Positions 1 through 9,755 of a stretch of 64,000 nucleotides of DNA are shown one piece after another. The first letter of the stretch is position 1. Each line of letters begins with the position of its first letter. This DNA comes from Thermoplasmatota archaeon (GTDB lineage: Archaea > Thermoplasmatota > E2 > JACPAO01 > JAHFTW01). The position numbers and the translations under genes were made by a program. The notes beneath the pieces were generated by a model that saw nothing but the letters and a program-made list of their open reading frames with translations, did not search any database and was not told the origin of the DNA. Location: NCBI GenBank assembly GCA_041601615.1, contig JBFIHX010000003.1, positions 96,001 through 160,000 of the forward strand, given 5' to 3'.

Positions 1-333
1 GCTGAAACGGAATTTCAAGACCAAGAATGCGCCAGCTGCGGGCATGGAGCAAAATGCCACCCCGTCCCGCTCGCGGACATCACCCACACGCCCGCGACAT
101 GCTCCATCTGCGACGAGGATGCACACCGCTGGCTCGAGCTTGGGGAATTGACCGTGTACCTTTGCCCAAGCCATGTGGACTTCTGCATCGAATGCCTTTC
201 AGTTGTGGAAGAGAGCATTGCAGAGGAGGGCAACGTGTGCCGTGAGTGTAAGGCCTTGAATCCTGAGTCCTTCGCGGTTCTTGCTTGCTACGAATGCACT
301 CCGGGATGTAAGGAGTGCAACGCAACGGTTTGA
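1..333 (+). CDS. 5'-truncated Cys-rich (multi-CxxC, Zn-finger-like) protein
   Basis: Frame 1 is open from base 1: ..CASC..CSIC..CPSH..CIEC..CREC..CYEC..CKEC..stop 333. Confidence 0.65.
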   Translation, partial: AETEFQDQECASCGHGAKCHPVPLADITHTPATCSICDEDAHRWLELGELTVYLCPSHVDFCIECLSVVEESIAEEGNVCRECKALNPESFAVLACYECTPGCKECNATV

Positions 334-357
334 TCCCATGGATGCTTCCGACCCCCG

Positions 358-855
358 TTGTCCAGTAAAGAAAACGCATATCAGAAGACCTTCAGAAACT
401 TGAAAACAGAGCTGCAAGCCAAGGAATTTCTTCTACAGTCGGACAACCGCTTTCACGATACTTCTCTCGGCGTTAAGAAGCTCATTTTGCGACACCTGGG
501 GTTTGAAGGACGGCTCCCAACCCGAAGTTTCGACCTTGTATTTACGGAGGAGCCGTTTGACCAATTGACGGAAGAAAACATCGATGAACACCTTCCAAAC
601 CTTGTACTCATTGAAATGAAAGCCACAAAAAACAAAAAAAGAGCGGTAAAAGACGAATCTCTGCGTGGCTTTTTCTTTGGCGCGACGGAAAACGAATTCA
701 AGATTGCGAGTAAACTTGGGGAGCGTTATCGCTTCGCATTTGTTGTACTCGCAGACAACAACGACCTCGGACGCCCCTTCTATGTGCTGCTGACACTGGA
801 GGAGTTGGAAAAGCGGATTCGGACGAAGAGAAGGCAGTATCAGATTAACTTGTAG
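358..855 (+). CDS. PD-(D/E)XK nuclease-like protein (DUF3883/NOV_C-like)
   Basis: SFDLV...LIEMKAT catalytic-like motif and FFFGATENE segment; TTG start. Confidence 0.55.
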   Translation: MSSKENAYQKTFRNLKTELQAKEFLLQSDNRFHDTSLGVKKLILRHLGFEGRLPTRSFDLVFTEEPFDQLTEENIDEHLPNLVLIEMKATKNKKRAVKDESLRGFFFGATENEFKIASKLGERYRFAFVVLADNNDLGRPFYVLLTLEELEKRIRTKRRQYQINL

Positions 856-897
856 CGCTCCCGACAGATCTATTGATCTACTGGAGTTCGCGATCTT

Positions 898-2616
898 GTG
901 AAGATCAAAGGGCTTGATGTGGAACGGGATTTCCTCAAAGGGATCTTGTCTGGTCGAGGAGTTATGAAAATTCCAATATATCAGCGAGATTATGCGTGGG
1001 GGCCAGAAGATGTTGATAATTTAATGGATTTATTTTTCGAAGCGGCCCCAGAAAGTGACGGCCCAATATTTTTAGGCAATATGGTTTTCCATTCCGAACC
1101 AGACGGGGATGATAATGCTTGGTACTTGGTAGATGGCCAACAAAGGCTGTCGACTACATATCTTATAATTGCCTCGATGTTACACAGACTTAGGAAATCC
1201 GAACATTTGCGTGCTGGCACTATCGCTGCAGAATATATCAAATTATTAACAACCGAGGATGGAATAATTGACACAAATGAAAAAATTCAATCTAATAAAA
1301 TTAGATTGAGGATGAGCGATAAAGATCACCACAGATTTAGAGATTTTATCGTACTTGGGGAGGTGATTGATAGGCGAACTAGATTGGGAAAAGCTCAACG
1401 AAGAATAAGCAATCGTATCAATGAGATGGCATTTAACGACTCTAAATTGATAGAAAATGCTGTTAATTTATATAGGTCTCTAGAAAGCGTAGTATGTGCA
1501 ACTTCAATTGACGTGGAAGACCCAATTGACCCGTTAGCTGTATTTGAGAGCTTAAATAGTAGGGGTGTGAGGCTTAGTGAAAGTGACTTGCTAAAAAATT
1601 ATGTAATGCAACGTACAAATCAACATGATAGAGATGATACATTGGCTAGATGGCGCACAATTGAGAGTAATATTGATGAAAGAATTGTTTCTTTCCTTCG
1701 TGCTTGGCATTTAGCAACTCAAGGGCTCGTGCGCAAAAATGATTTGTATAGGAAATTTAAAAAACTGGTGAATGAACAAGGAGCGACCCCGACACTCGTA
1801 GAATTAGTTAAATGGAGCGAATATTATCGCGATATTAGCAATGCATCTCCGGCTAGATTTACTCAAGACGAGCTCAGAAGGCGAATTAGGGAATTCAATG
1901 GACTCGGATTTCAACAAGCAATGCCATTACTTTTGGCAGCAATTGATCATACGCCTAGCCCAAAACAATTAATAAGGCTTATAGATATGCTTGAATGTGC
2001 ATACATTAGGCTGTTTAGAACCAGACAGATTAGAGGAAGTCTAGTGGAGAATGAATTCATTGATCTTTGTAAGTATTATGTAATTGGTCTGGAAGAGGGT
2101 CTGGCAGAATCAAGTAAAGTTATTAGAAGGCTTTGTGAAGCTTATTGTCCTTCAATGGAAAATGAATGGCCGAGGCTGGAAGTTAATAGTACGGCCGACC
2201 AAGCTTTTATATTGCGAAGACTTGAACAAGCAAGCCAAGGAAACATCTCATGGGTGCCAAGTAGCACTTCATTGGTGGAGATTGAGCACATTCTCCCCAA
2301 ATCATTAGATAAAAAGTATAATTATGGCGTGTCAGAGGATCAACATGAGAGGTTGGTTAATAGGATTGGCAATCTTTGCCTAGTGCTTGAGGAACACAAC
2401 CCAAGGCTCGGTAACAAGCTATTTGAGCTAAAAAAACACATATATTCGTGGTATGATGGTTCGTTACACCAAGGTGACCCGGTTCAGGGACATCGCAGGC
2501 ATGACCTTACCCATAAGTTGTGGTCTGAAAGTGCAAGTACCTGGGGTGAATCTGAAATTGAAACTCGAGGCCAACAATTGGGTGCCCTTGCGGACAGGGC
2601 TTGGCCAATTCCATAG
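898..2616 (+). CDS. DUF262 + DUF1524 GmrSD-like (type IV, modification-dependent) restriction endonuclease
   Basis: IPIYQRDYAW, LVDGQQR, FESLNSRG..L...DLLKN, EIEHILP, IGNL motifs; AT-rich DNA. Confidence 0.88.
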   Translation: MKIKGLDVERDFLKGILSGRGVMKIPIYQRDYAWGPEDVDNLMDLFFEAAPESDGPIFLGNMVFHSEPDGDDNAWYLVDGQQRLSTTYLIIASMLHRLRKSEHLRAGTIAAEYIKLLTTEDGIIDTNEKIQSNKIRLRMSDKDHHRFRDFIVLGEVIDRRTRLGKAQRRISNRINEMAFNDSKLIENAVNLYRSLESVVCATSIDVEDPIDPLAVFESLNSRGVRLSESDLLKNYVMQRTNQHDRDDTLARWRTIESNIDERIVSFLRAWHLATQGLVRKNDLYRKFKKLVNEQGATPTLVELVKWSEYYRDISNASPARFTQDELRRRIREFNGLGFQQAMPLLLAAIDHTPSPKQLIRLIDMLECAYIRLFRTRQIRGSLVENEFIDLCKYYVIGLEEGLAESSKVIRRLCEAYCPSMENEWPRLEVNSTADQAFILRRLEQASQGNISWVPSSTSLVEIEHILPKSLDKKYNYGVSEDQHERLVNRIGNLCLVLEEHNPRLGNKLFELKKHIYSWYDGSLHQGDPVQGHRRHDLTHKLWSESASTWGESEIETRGQQLGALADRAWPIP

Positions 2617-2620
2617 TTCC

Positions 2621-5600
2621 CTACGCCGCCCCAACGACCCCATGCACCAGCCCTTCAGCATCCAGCAGGCACGAGACGGTCTCCCCGTCGATTTCCCAGA
2701 CTTTGTACGGCTTGGCCACGGCGTCGTACCGAACGGCGGAGGCGCGCACTTCGCCTTTGAGCACGTCCTCGAACTGCTCCAGCTTGTGCATCCCCTCCAA
2801 GGAAACGCCCAAAGTCAACTGGATTTCGGCTTCGATGTCGAGGTCCAGTTCCTTGCGTAGGTCTTGGACGCGGCGGATGACTTCTCGGGTGAATGCCTCG
2901 GCCATGAGGGCGTCGTCGCGGACGGTGTTGAGGGCGAGCACGGCGCTGTCTACTTCGGTGGTGGCCCAGCCGTCGCGGTCGGTGGTCTCGAAGAGAATGT
3001 GGTCCGAGGTGAGGGTGTGCTCTGCGCCTTCGACGTGGATGCCGACGGTGCCGCCGGCGGCGAAGGTTTGGTGGGCGTGGTCGCCGTCGAGTGCTTGGAT
3101 GGCTTCGGAGATTTTGGGCGCGAGTTGCTTGAACGCGGGGCCAAGTGCTGCGCGGTTGGGTTGCGCGACGTATGCTTTGGCCTCGGTGACGGCTTCGGGT
3201 TGTTGGAGCACCTTGACGTTTAGTTCGTCGGCTAGGAGTGCGTCTAGGTCACCGAGCTCGGCGCCCACTACAAGAGTGCGGGCCAAGGGGTGGCGCGTGG
3301 GGATGCCGATTTTGCTGCGAAGGGCCCGTCCCGCTTCGGCCAGACTCCGGACTGCCGACATTTGGTTTTCCAGTGCTTCGTCGCGGGCCCCTGCTTCGGG
3401 GTAGCGGGCCAAGTGTACACTGTCGGGGTCTTCGGGGAGCTTCACGTGGGCCCAGATGTGTTCGACCATGAACGGCGCATACGGAGCAACAAGGCGGGCG
3501 ACGGTGTGCAGGCTCCACCAGAGGGTTGCGTGGGCGCTTTGTTTGTCCGTGCTGTCGGTTTCTTGCCAGAAGCGGTCGCGGCTGCGGCGGACCCACCAGT
3601 TGCTGAGGTCGTTGATGACGAACGCTTCGATGGCGCGGGTCGCCTTGTGCAGGTGGTATTTTTGCCCGGCGTCTTCGGCTTCGGCCACGGTTGCTTCAAG
3701 GCGGCTCAGGAGCCACCGGTCGAGGCTGCTGTGGCTTGCGAGATCCTGGAGCGTGTCCAGGGCCTTCATCGTCGGCTTCCATTCGTCGAGGTCGGCGTAT
3801 TGCTTGGCAAACAGGAAGGTGTTCCAGAGGGTCCCGAAGAATTTGCCGAAGGTGTCGCGCACCATGTCTTCGCTGAATCGCTTGTCTTGCCAGGGCGCGG
3901 TGCTGGAGAGGAGGTACCAGCGCGTGGCGTCGACGCCCTGGTTTTCGAACACCTGGTCGGGGCTTGCGTAGTTTTTCTTGCTCTTGCTCATTTTTTGGCC
4001 GTCTTCGGCAAGCAGGAGGCCGTTGACGACGCAGTTCTTGAACGGCGGACCCTGGAAGCGGCCGGCGTCCTTGATGTCGTCCACGGAGCCGAGGGCGGTG
4101 GCGATGGCAAGGAGGCTGTAGAACCAGCCACGGGTCTGGTCGAGGCCTTCTGCGATGAAGTCGATGGGCCAGCGTTCGGCGAGCATTTCGTCGGCATCGC
4201 CGCTGAATTGCGGAAATTGCGCAAATTGCGCGGCGCCGGAGTCGTACCAGACGTCGATGACGTAGGGTTCGCGTTCGGCGGGGCCGCCGCACTTGGGGCA
4301 CGCAATCGGCGTGTCCACGTGAGGTCGGTGAAGCTCCGAAACCTCGACCCCGTGGGCGGCGAGATCGGCTTTTCCGCCGAGGCAGATTTGCTCGGCGCAG
4401 TCTTCGTCCTTGCAGACCCAAACGGGCAGTGGAGTGCCCCAGTAGCGGCTCCGGCTGAACGCCCAGTCTTTGACGTTGCGCAGCCAGTCGCCCATGCGGC
4501 CTTCCTTGATGCTGTCGGGCACCCAGTTGATCTGGTCGTTGTTGGCCAGAAGCCGGTCGCGAAGGAGGCTCATGCGGATGTACCACGATTCCATCGCGTA
4601 GTACAGCAGCGGGGTGTCGGTGCGCCAGCAGTGGGGGTAGCTGTGTTCGTACTGCTCGGTGCGGTAGATCATGTCCCGGTCGCGAAGGTATGCGAAGATG
4701 GCTTCCTCGGTCGCTTCGTCCTTGACGTACAGGCCGGAGACGGCGGGAACTGTGGCCACGAATTTGCCGTCGAGGCCGACGGTGTGTTGGGCCGGCAAGC
4801 CGATGCTCATCCCAAGTTGGTAGTCGTCTTCACCGTACATGACGGCGGTGTGGACGACACCGGTGCCGTCTTCGGTGGTGACGAAATCGGCGGCGACCAC
4901 TTCCCAGGCGACCTTCGCCTCGCTTGCATCCACGGCACCGGGGAACAGGGGTTCGTAGGTGCGGCCAACGAGTTCGCTGCCTTTCAGTTCGGCGATGACT
5001 TCGCCGTGGTCGCGCATGGTGTTCTTGAAGAGTGCCTTGGCGAGAATCAGCACTTCGCCGACTTTTGCGTCGGTGTTGCCGCTGGTTTCTGTGACGCGCA
5101 CCTTGACGTAGTCGATGTCGGCGCCGACGGCGAGGGCCACGTTGCCGGGGAGCGTCCAGGGCGTCGTGGTCCAGCTGAGTATTTTGGCGTTGTCGGGGTC
5201 GGCTTTGAGGTGGAATTTTACGAAGACGCTGGTGTCGATGACGTCCTTGTAGCCCTGGGCGACCTCGTGGCTGCTGTACGTGGTGCCGGTGACCGGGGAA
5301 TAGGGAACGACTTTGTGGGCTTTGACCAGGAGGCCGGCGTCGAAGAGCCGCTTGAGGCTCCACCAGACCGACTCGATGTGCCGGTCGTCCATGGTGACGT
5401 AGGGCTCCTCAAAGTCGACCCAGAAGCCGACGCGCTCGGACATTTTCTCCCATTCGCCCTTGTAGCGGAACACCGACTCCTTGCATTTGGCCAGGAACTC
5501 TTCGAGGCGCGGCTCGATCTCGGCGACCTCGATTCCCATTTCCTTCTGGACCTCGATTTCGACCGGGAGGCCGTGGCAGTCCCAGCCGGCGTTGCGGGGC

Positions 5601-5869
5601 ACCCATTTGCCGTGCATGGCGTGGAAGCGATTCACGGAATCCTTGAGCGTGCGCGTCAGGACGTGGCCTGGGTGCGGTAAGCCGTTGGCGGTGGGCGGGC
5701 CTTCGAGGAAGATGAAACGGCGGGCTTCGTCGCGGTCGGAGTCGAGGTACGATTGGCGCCCCTGCTCCACTTGCCGCCGGAAGGTGCCCTTGGACCTCCA
5801 TTCTGCCAGCACTTGGCGTTCCATTGCATCAGGGAGGTACTTCCGAGGCACCGCGCCCGCGTCGACCAT
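2621..5869 (-). CDS. ileS: isoleucyl-tRNA synthetase (long archaeal/eukaryote-like type)
   Basis: EGPPTANGLPHPGH (HIGH variant), GWDCHGLPVE, WTTTPWTLP, SRSRYWG, EGLDQTRGWF, KMSKS. Confidence 0.97.
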   Translation of the reverse strand: MVDAGAVPRKYLPDAMERQVLAEWRSKGTFRRQVEQGRQSYLDSDRDEARRFIFLEGPPTANGLPHPGHVLTRTLKDSVNRFHAMHGKWVPRNAGWDCHGLPVEIEVQKEMGIEVAEIEPRLEEFLAKCKESVFRYKGEWEKMSERVGFWVDFEEPYVTMDDRHIESVWWSLKRLFDAGLLVKAHKVVPYSPVTGTTYSSHEVAQGYKDVIDTSVFVKFHLKADPDNAKILSWTTTPWTLPGNVALAVGADIDYVKVRVTETSGNTDAKVGEVLILAKALFKNTMRDHGEVIAELKGSELVGRTYEPLFPGAVDASEAKVAWEVVAADFVTTEDGTGVVHTAVMYGEDDYQLGMSIGLPAQHTVGLDGKFVATVPAVSGLYVKDEATEEAIFAYLRDRDMIYRTEQYEHSYPHCWRTDTPLLYYAMESWYIRMSLLRDRLLANNDQINWVPDSIKEGRMGDWLRNVKDWAFSRSRYWGTPLPVWVCKDEDCAEQICLGGKADLAAHGVEVSELHRPHVDTPIACPKCGGPAEREPYVIDVWYDSGAAQFAQFPQFSGDADEMLAERWPIDFIAEGLDQTRGWFYSLLAIATALGSVDDIKDAGRFQGPPFKNCVVNGLLLAEDGQKMSKSKKNYASPDQVFENQGVDATRWYLLSSTAPWQDKRFSEDMVRDTFGKFFGTLWNTFLFAKQYADLDEWKPTMKALDTLQDLASHSSLDRWLLSRLEATVAEAEDAGQKYHLHKATRAIEAFVINDLSNWWVRRSRDRFWQETDSTDKQSAHATLWWSLHTVARLVAPYAPFMVEHIWAHVKLPEDPDSVHLARYPEAGARDEALENQMSAVRSLAEAGRALRSKIGIPTRHPLARTLVVGAELGDLDALLADELNVKVLQQPEAVTEAKAYVAQPNRAALGPAFKQLAPKISEAIQALDGDHAHQTFAAGGTVGIHVEGAEHTLTSDHILFETTDRDGWATTEVDSAVLALNTVRDDALMAEAFTREVIRRVQDLRKELDLDIEAEIQLTLGVSLEGMHKLEQFEDVLKGEVRASAVRYDAVAKPYKVWEIDGETVSCLLDAEGLVHGVVGAA

Positions 5870-5918
5870 TGGGCCGGCCCATGGGGGGTCCTCAAAAAAG
5901 GGTGGGGGCGGGGCGGGG

Positions 5919-6311
5919 TCAGAAGACGAGCACGACGCCGGTCATTCCTTTGCTCTCATGCAGGGTGCATCGAACGTGGAATTCCGCCGTCGAATCGGGT
6001 GCAAACCAGCCAAATTCGCCGCCCTTGGGGATGAGGCCGTTGCCGTACTGGCTGTTGTGGCTGTCGGGGCCTCCGGGTTCGGCGCTTCGCACGTCGCAAC
6101 CGTCCAATTCGGAGTGGAACGCGACAATGGCGCCCTGAGGAACGCGGGCCTTGGTAGGCTCGAACGTGTGCTTGGCGGTGAGGGTGATGATGTAGCGACT
6201 GTTTTCGTCCTGGGGCGGGGCCTGGAAGCCGCCAGGGCCGTCGCTCCCGTTCTTGTCGCCGCAGCCGGCAAGCAGCGTCACCACCAGCATGGCGACCACA
6301 ATTTCTCTCAT
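5919..6311 (-). CDS. cupredoxin-like lipoprotein
   Basis: LLAGC lipobox; C-terminal CTLHESKGM copper-site-like motif; N-terminal His ligand unclear. Confidence 0.7.
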   Translation of the reverse strand: MREIVVAMLVVTLLAGCGDKNGSDGPGGFQAPPQDENSRYIITLTAKHTFEPTKARVPQGAIVAFHSELDGCDVRSAEPGGPDSHNSQYGNGLIPKGGEFGWFAPDSTAEFHVRCTLHESKGMTGVVLVF

Positions 6312-6363
6312 CGAATGAAAAAGTAAGAATGAGGGGAAAAGGGTTGGCGGGGAAAGACTTGGC

Positions 6364-6723
6364 CTAGGCAACGTGGATGGTGCCAATCATGCCAAGACTG
6401 TGGTGGGGCATGCAGAAGTATCCAAAGCTCCCCGCCTCCTCAAAGGTGTGCGAGAAGTGTTCGCCTTTCGCGCCGCCGACTTCGCTGGCCCAGAGGCCGT
6501 CCTCGGATTGGGTGTTGTGGCTGCCGCCTTCGTTGATCCACACGACCGTGGCGCCCACGGGCACCTTGGCGTTGGCGGGACTGAATTTGTTGCTCGGCAG
6601 CATCTTGATGATGTAGCGACCCTCGTCGTCTTGGTCGGGCGTGACGGCGTCGGCGCCGGAGGAGCCGGTGCAACCGGCGAGCATGATGGCGGCCACGAGC
6701 AGGGATGCTGCAAGGATGCGCAT
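6364..6723 (-). CDS. plastocyanin/halocyanin-like blue copper lipoprotein
   Basis: MLAGC lipobox; SHN and CMPHHSLGM type-1 Cu ligands. Confidence 0.9.
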   Translation of the reverse strand: MRILAASLLVAAIMLAGCTGSSGADAVTPDQDDEGRYIIKMLPSNKFSPANAKVPVGATVVWINEGGSHNTQSEDGLWASEVGGAKGEHFSHTFEEAGSFGYFCMPHHSLGMIGTIHVA

Positions 6724-6784
6724 GAATCAGGCCGAGCCGGGCCGGTGCATAGCGGTTTTGGCAGGGGCACGACATGTCCGACCC

Positions 6785-7633
6785 GTGTCCGACTCGGTTC
6801 CTGCGCATGACAATCACTTCCATTGCAAGCCGGATGGTTGGAAGGGTATGGGTGCGGTGCGGGAGTTTCAGGCGGCGGGGGGGACGAGCATTGCGCATGT
6901 GCGGTTGCCGGCGTATTCGCGTTCGGTGGAGGAATTTGCGCAGTCGTGCCGGGACCACGTTGCGTTCAGCGAGCTGATTCGCCAGGAGACGGGCCTCACG
7001 GTTTGGTCCGCGGTGGGTCCGTATCCGTTGGAGCCGTTGAAGCTCGCCGAAACGGAGGGTTGGGATGCGGCCGTGGCGTTTGGCCGCGCGTGCTTTGACG
7101 TGTCGGCGCGTTTTTGCGACGAGGGGCTTGCGCACTGCATTGGGGAGGTGGGGCGGCCGCATTTTCCGGTGGATTCGGAGGCGTGGGAGCGCAGCAATGA
7201 GTTGCTTGCGTACGGCATGGGCAAGGCGAAGGATGCGGGGGTGCCGATTATGTTGCACACGGAGCACACGGAGCCGGCGCAGATGCTGGAATTTGCCAAG
7301 ATGGCAGACCACGCGGGTCTTGGTCGGGATCGGGTCATCAAGCACTATTGTGGGCCGCTCGTGACCGAACCCGAGCATCATGGCCTCGTTCCCAGCGTCA
7401 TCGCCGGCCGCAGCAACATCCGCAAGGCCTTGGCCAATAGTGCCGAGGGTCGGTTTTTGCTAGAGACCGATTACATCGATGAGCCGACGAGGCCGAATGT
7501 GGTGATGCCGTGCGATACGGTCCCGAAGCGCGTCATGGGGTTGCTGCAAAACGGTGAGTTGACGGAGGCACAGGCACACAGCATCGGCCGGGAGTGGCCG
7601 GATCGGCTCTATGGCCCTGATCCGTCTTTGTAG
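6785..7633 (+). CDS. TatD-family metal-dependent hydrolase
   Basis: DNHFH, IGEVGRPHF, LHTE, KHY, LETD motifs; GTG start inferred. Confidence 0.85.
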   Translation: MSDSVPAHDNHFHCKPDGWKGMGAVREFQAAGGTSIAHVRLPAYSRSVEEFAQSCRDHVAFSELIRQETGLTVWSAVGPYPLEPLKLAETEGWDAAVAFGRACFDVSARFCDEGLAHCIGEVGRPHFPVDSEAWERSNELLAYGMGKAKDAGVPIMLHTEHTEPAQMLEFAKMADHAGLGRDRVIKHYCGPLVTEPEHHGLVPSVIAGRSNIRKALANSAEGRFLLETDYIDEPTRPNVVMPCDTVPKRVMGLLQNGELTEAQAHSIGREWPDRLYGPDPSL

Positions 7634-7977
7634 AGGGTCTTGGGCCGGAACCGCCCTTCCTCCACGGTCCATTCGGCGTCGGCCATGAGCTTCATGGGGT
7701 CGTCGTGGTATTCTTTCCACAATCGCCCGTCGCGGGTGCCCAGTGGCTCTTCGAAGGGGATGGCGTTGTCGGGGTCGTGGCCGGCAAATCGTACCATGCG
7801 GCGGCGAATTTCTGCCATGGGCATCCTGGTGAGGCTTGCCACGCGATCCAGTTCTGGTTGCGGGGGCAGCAGCAGGCGGGGCGGCCGGGCCACGTAGCTG
7901 GCCAAGACGAGCAGGGAATCGCGGCGGGTCCAGCCGGACGGGTCGCGCACGGGCCGGCCACGCAACCACTCCTTCAA
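7609..7977 (-). CDS. hypothetical protein resembling the N-terminal helical domain of HNH restriction endonucleases
   Basis: WTRRDSLLVLASY...ELDRVASLTRMP...RF.G.DP...D.RLWKEY pattern; start uncertain. Confidence 0.45.
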   Translation of the reverse strand: MKEWLRGRPVRDPSGWTRRDSLLVLASYVARPPRLLLPPQPELDRVASLTRMPMAEIRRRMVRFAGHDPDNAIPFEEPLGTRDGRLWKEYHDDPMKLMADAEWTVEEGRFRPKTLYKDGSGP

Positions 7978-8085
7978 GGGGTTGACGGAGCTTTGCGCAA
8001 TTTTATTCTGGTTCGGACATGTTGGTTTGCGGCCGATTTGGGTGCCGGTGGAAGCGTTTACTATGCCGCGTGCCTCTGATTTTTC

Positions 8086-8301
8086 ATGGCCAATCCTCGT
8101 GATGCACTGCAACGCGCTGTGCAGTCACTGATGAATGGTCCTGGAGATCCCACTTCCATTGAGGGCGCGAAGGTCAACGCATTGGAGTCCATCGCCTGGA
8201 GCCTCATTGGAATTTTGTCTGAGCAAGTGGACGATCCGGCCTTGGAGGATCTGACGGACGCGCTTCAGACCTATGGGTTTGTGACGGTGCCGAGGCAGTA
8301 G
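8086..8301 (+). CDS. small hypothetical protein
   Basis: 71-aa ORF with plausible composition, divergent from the previous gene. Confidence 0.5.
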   Translation: MANPRDALQRAVQSLMNGPGDPTSIEGAKVNALESIAWSLIGILSEQVDDPALEDLTDALQTYGFVTVPRQ

Positions 8302-8485
8302 GTCCGGACGTTTCGGGCCCACGGGCGGCGCTTGATTTCGCGGTGGATTGCGAAAGCGTGGGTTGCTTGAGGCTCGCGCTGGATCGTGCTGCGGTCCGCC
8401 CCGCCCCCCTTTCGCTTCGTGGCAGTGGGGTCCTGGGCGTGCGCTTCGCTGGGGCGCTGTGGGATGTGCCGCGGGTCGCTTCGAC

Positions 8486-9151
8486 TTATTGTTCGCCCTT
8501 CTCCAGCACGCGGACGTGTTCGCCCTTGACGGTGATGGGGATGGGGACCATGGAGTCGATGAGTTCCACGGTGATTTCTTCGCGGGCGTCGTCGACCTTG
8601 GTGACTTTCGCCTTTTCGCCACGGAAGGGGCCGCTGACGAGTTCGACGATGTCGGACATGCCGATCTTGGCCACGGCGCTGACGGGGGTCAGGAAGTGCG
8701 CAATCTCCGAGAACGGGGTGTCTACGGGTTTGCGCTCGGTGATGATTTTGCCGCGGCGGTCCTTGACGAAGTTGCCTTGCTCGTCGAGGATTTCGATGTC
8801 TTGGCTCACGAGGGCGCGGGCGTAAGAGACGCCGCGGATGCCCTTCTGGATGGCCAAGGGGTCGACGGTTTCGATGAAGAGGTAGCCGCGCAGTTCCTGG
8901 GGTGCCAGGAGGCTGATGATGGGGATGTTGAAGCGGCGGGCCTTGTTGCCGAGCATCTCAATGACGCGGCGTTCTTGGCCGACCTGGGTTTTGAGCACCA
9001 GGATCTGGGTGTCGGGGGCAAAGACGCGCTCCTCGTCTTCGGCGGGGGCAGGGGAATCGGCCTCGGTGTCCAGCTCGGCGGCGGGCTCCGGGGCGGTTTG
9101 TGCGTGCGTGTCTTCGTCGGGTAGAATGCCCAGTCCGCCGTCATCGTCCAT
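8486..9151 (-). CDS. spt5: transcription elongation factor Spt5 (NusG homologue)
   Basis: NGN domain (KTQVGQE, LRGYLFIE) and KOW (DIVELVSGPFRGEKAKV). Confidence 0.93.
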   Translation of the reverse strand: MDDDGGLGILPDEDTHAQTAPEPAAELDTEADSPAPAEDEERVFAPDTQILVLKTQVGQERRVIEMLGNKARRFNIPIISLLAPQELRGYLFIETVDPLAIQKGIRGVSYARALVSQDIEILDEQGNFVKDRRGKIITERKPVDTPFSEIAHFLTPVSAVAKIGMSDIVELVSGPFRGEKAKVTKVDDAREEITVELIDSMVPIPITVKGEHVRVLEKGEQ

Positions 9152-9225
9152 GTTGCTCGCTCCGGGGTGCTGCCGCTGGGAGAAAACCAGGGCAAGGCTC
9201 GCGACTTGGCCTTCTGTTATAACGG

Positions 9226-9750
9226 TTACCCGACGGTGACGGTGATGGGGTAGCGTATTTCGATGCCGGTTGTGGGCACGAGGATGAGTTCCAAACTCAG
9301 GCTGCCGGTGCCTTGGCCGATGAGGCGCATTTCCACGGGCGTGTCTGGTTCGAGGGGCACTTGGGTGCCGCTGGCTTGTAGGAGGCCTAGGTAGGAGTCG
9401 CGAATCTGCGTTTGGCTGGTGGCGCCGGCGGTGAGGCGTATGGTGATTTCTTCCAGGAGTCCGGTGAAGCCGCTGGAGTCGATGAATTCGGCGTGGACGG
9501 TCCAACCAGGGCTGGTGGTGGTGATGCGCAGGGCGTCGTTGGCGACGAGCAAGGGCAGGGTGCCAATGCTGACAGTGGCGCTGCTGGCGCTGGCGCCGAT
9601 GGTGGGGGTGCCAATGTCGCCTCCGGAGAGGGTCACCTGGGGGGCGCCGGCGTGGGTTTGGACCGCGGCGTGGTGTAGTTCGGTTACGCCTGCTGCGATG
9701 AGTGATGGGATGAGAAGGCTGATGAGTAGAAGCACCGCGAGGGGTCGCAT
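9226..9750 (-). CDS. secreted beta-rich protein, paralogue of 9756..10283
   Basis: Signal peptide; IGASASSATVSI and DALRI motifs shared with its neighbour. Confidence 0.6.
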   Translation of the reverse strand: MRPLAVLLLISLLIPSLIAAGVTELHHAAVQTHAGAPQVTLSGGDIGTPTIGASASSATVSIGTLPLLVANDALRITTTSPGWTVHAEFIDSSGFTGLLEEITIRLTAGATSQTQIRDSYLGLLQASGTQVPLEPDTPVEMRLIGQGTGSLSLELILVPTTGIEIRYPITVTVG

Positions 9751-9755
9751 GGTCT

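Noticed and set aside
3290-5680. 796-aa + strand ORF and many other long antisense ORFs (e.g. 16493..17992, 37865..39304, 47360..48922)
   Set aside because: Shadow ORFs opposite well-supported genes in high-GC DNA; no recognisable motifs.
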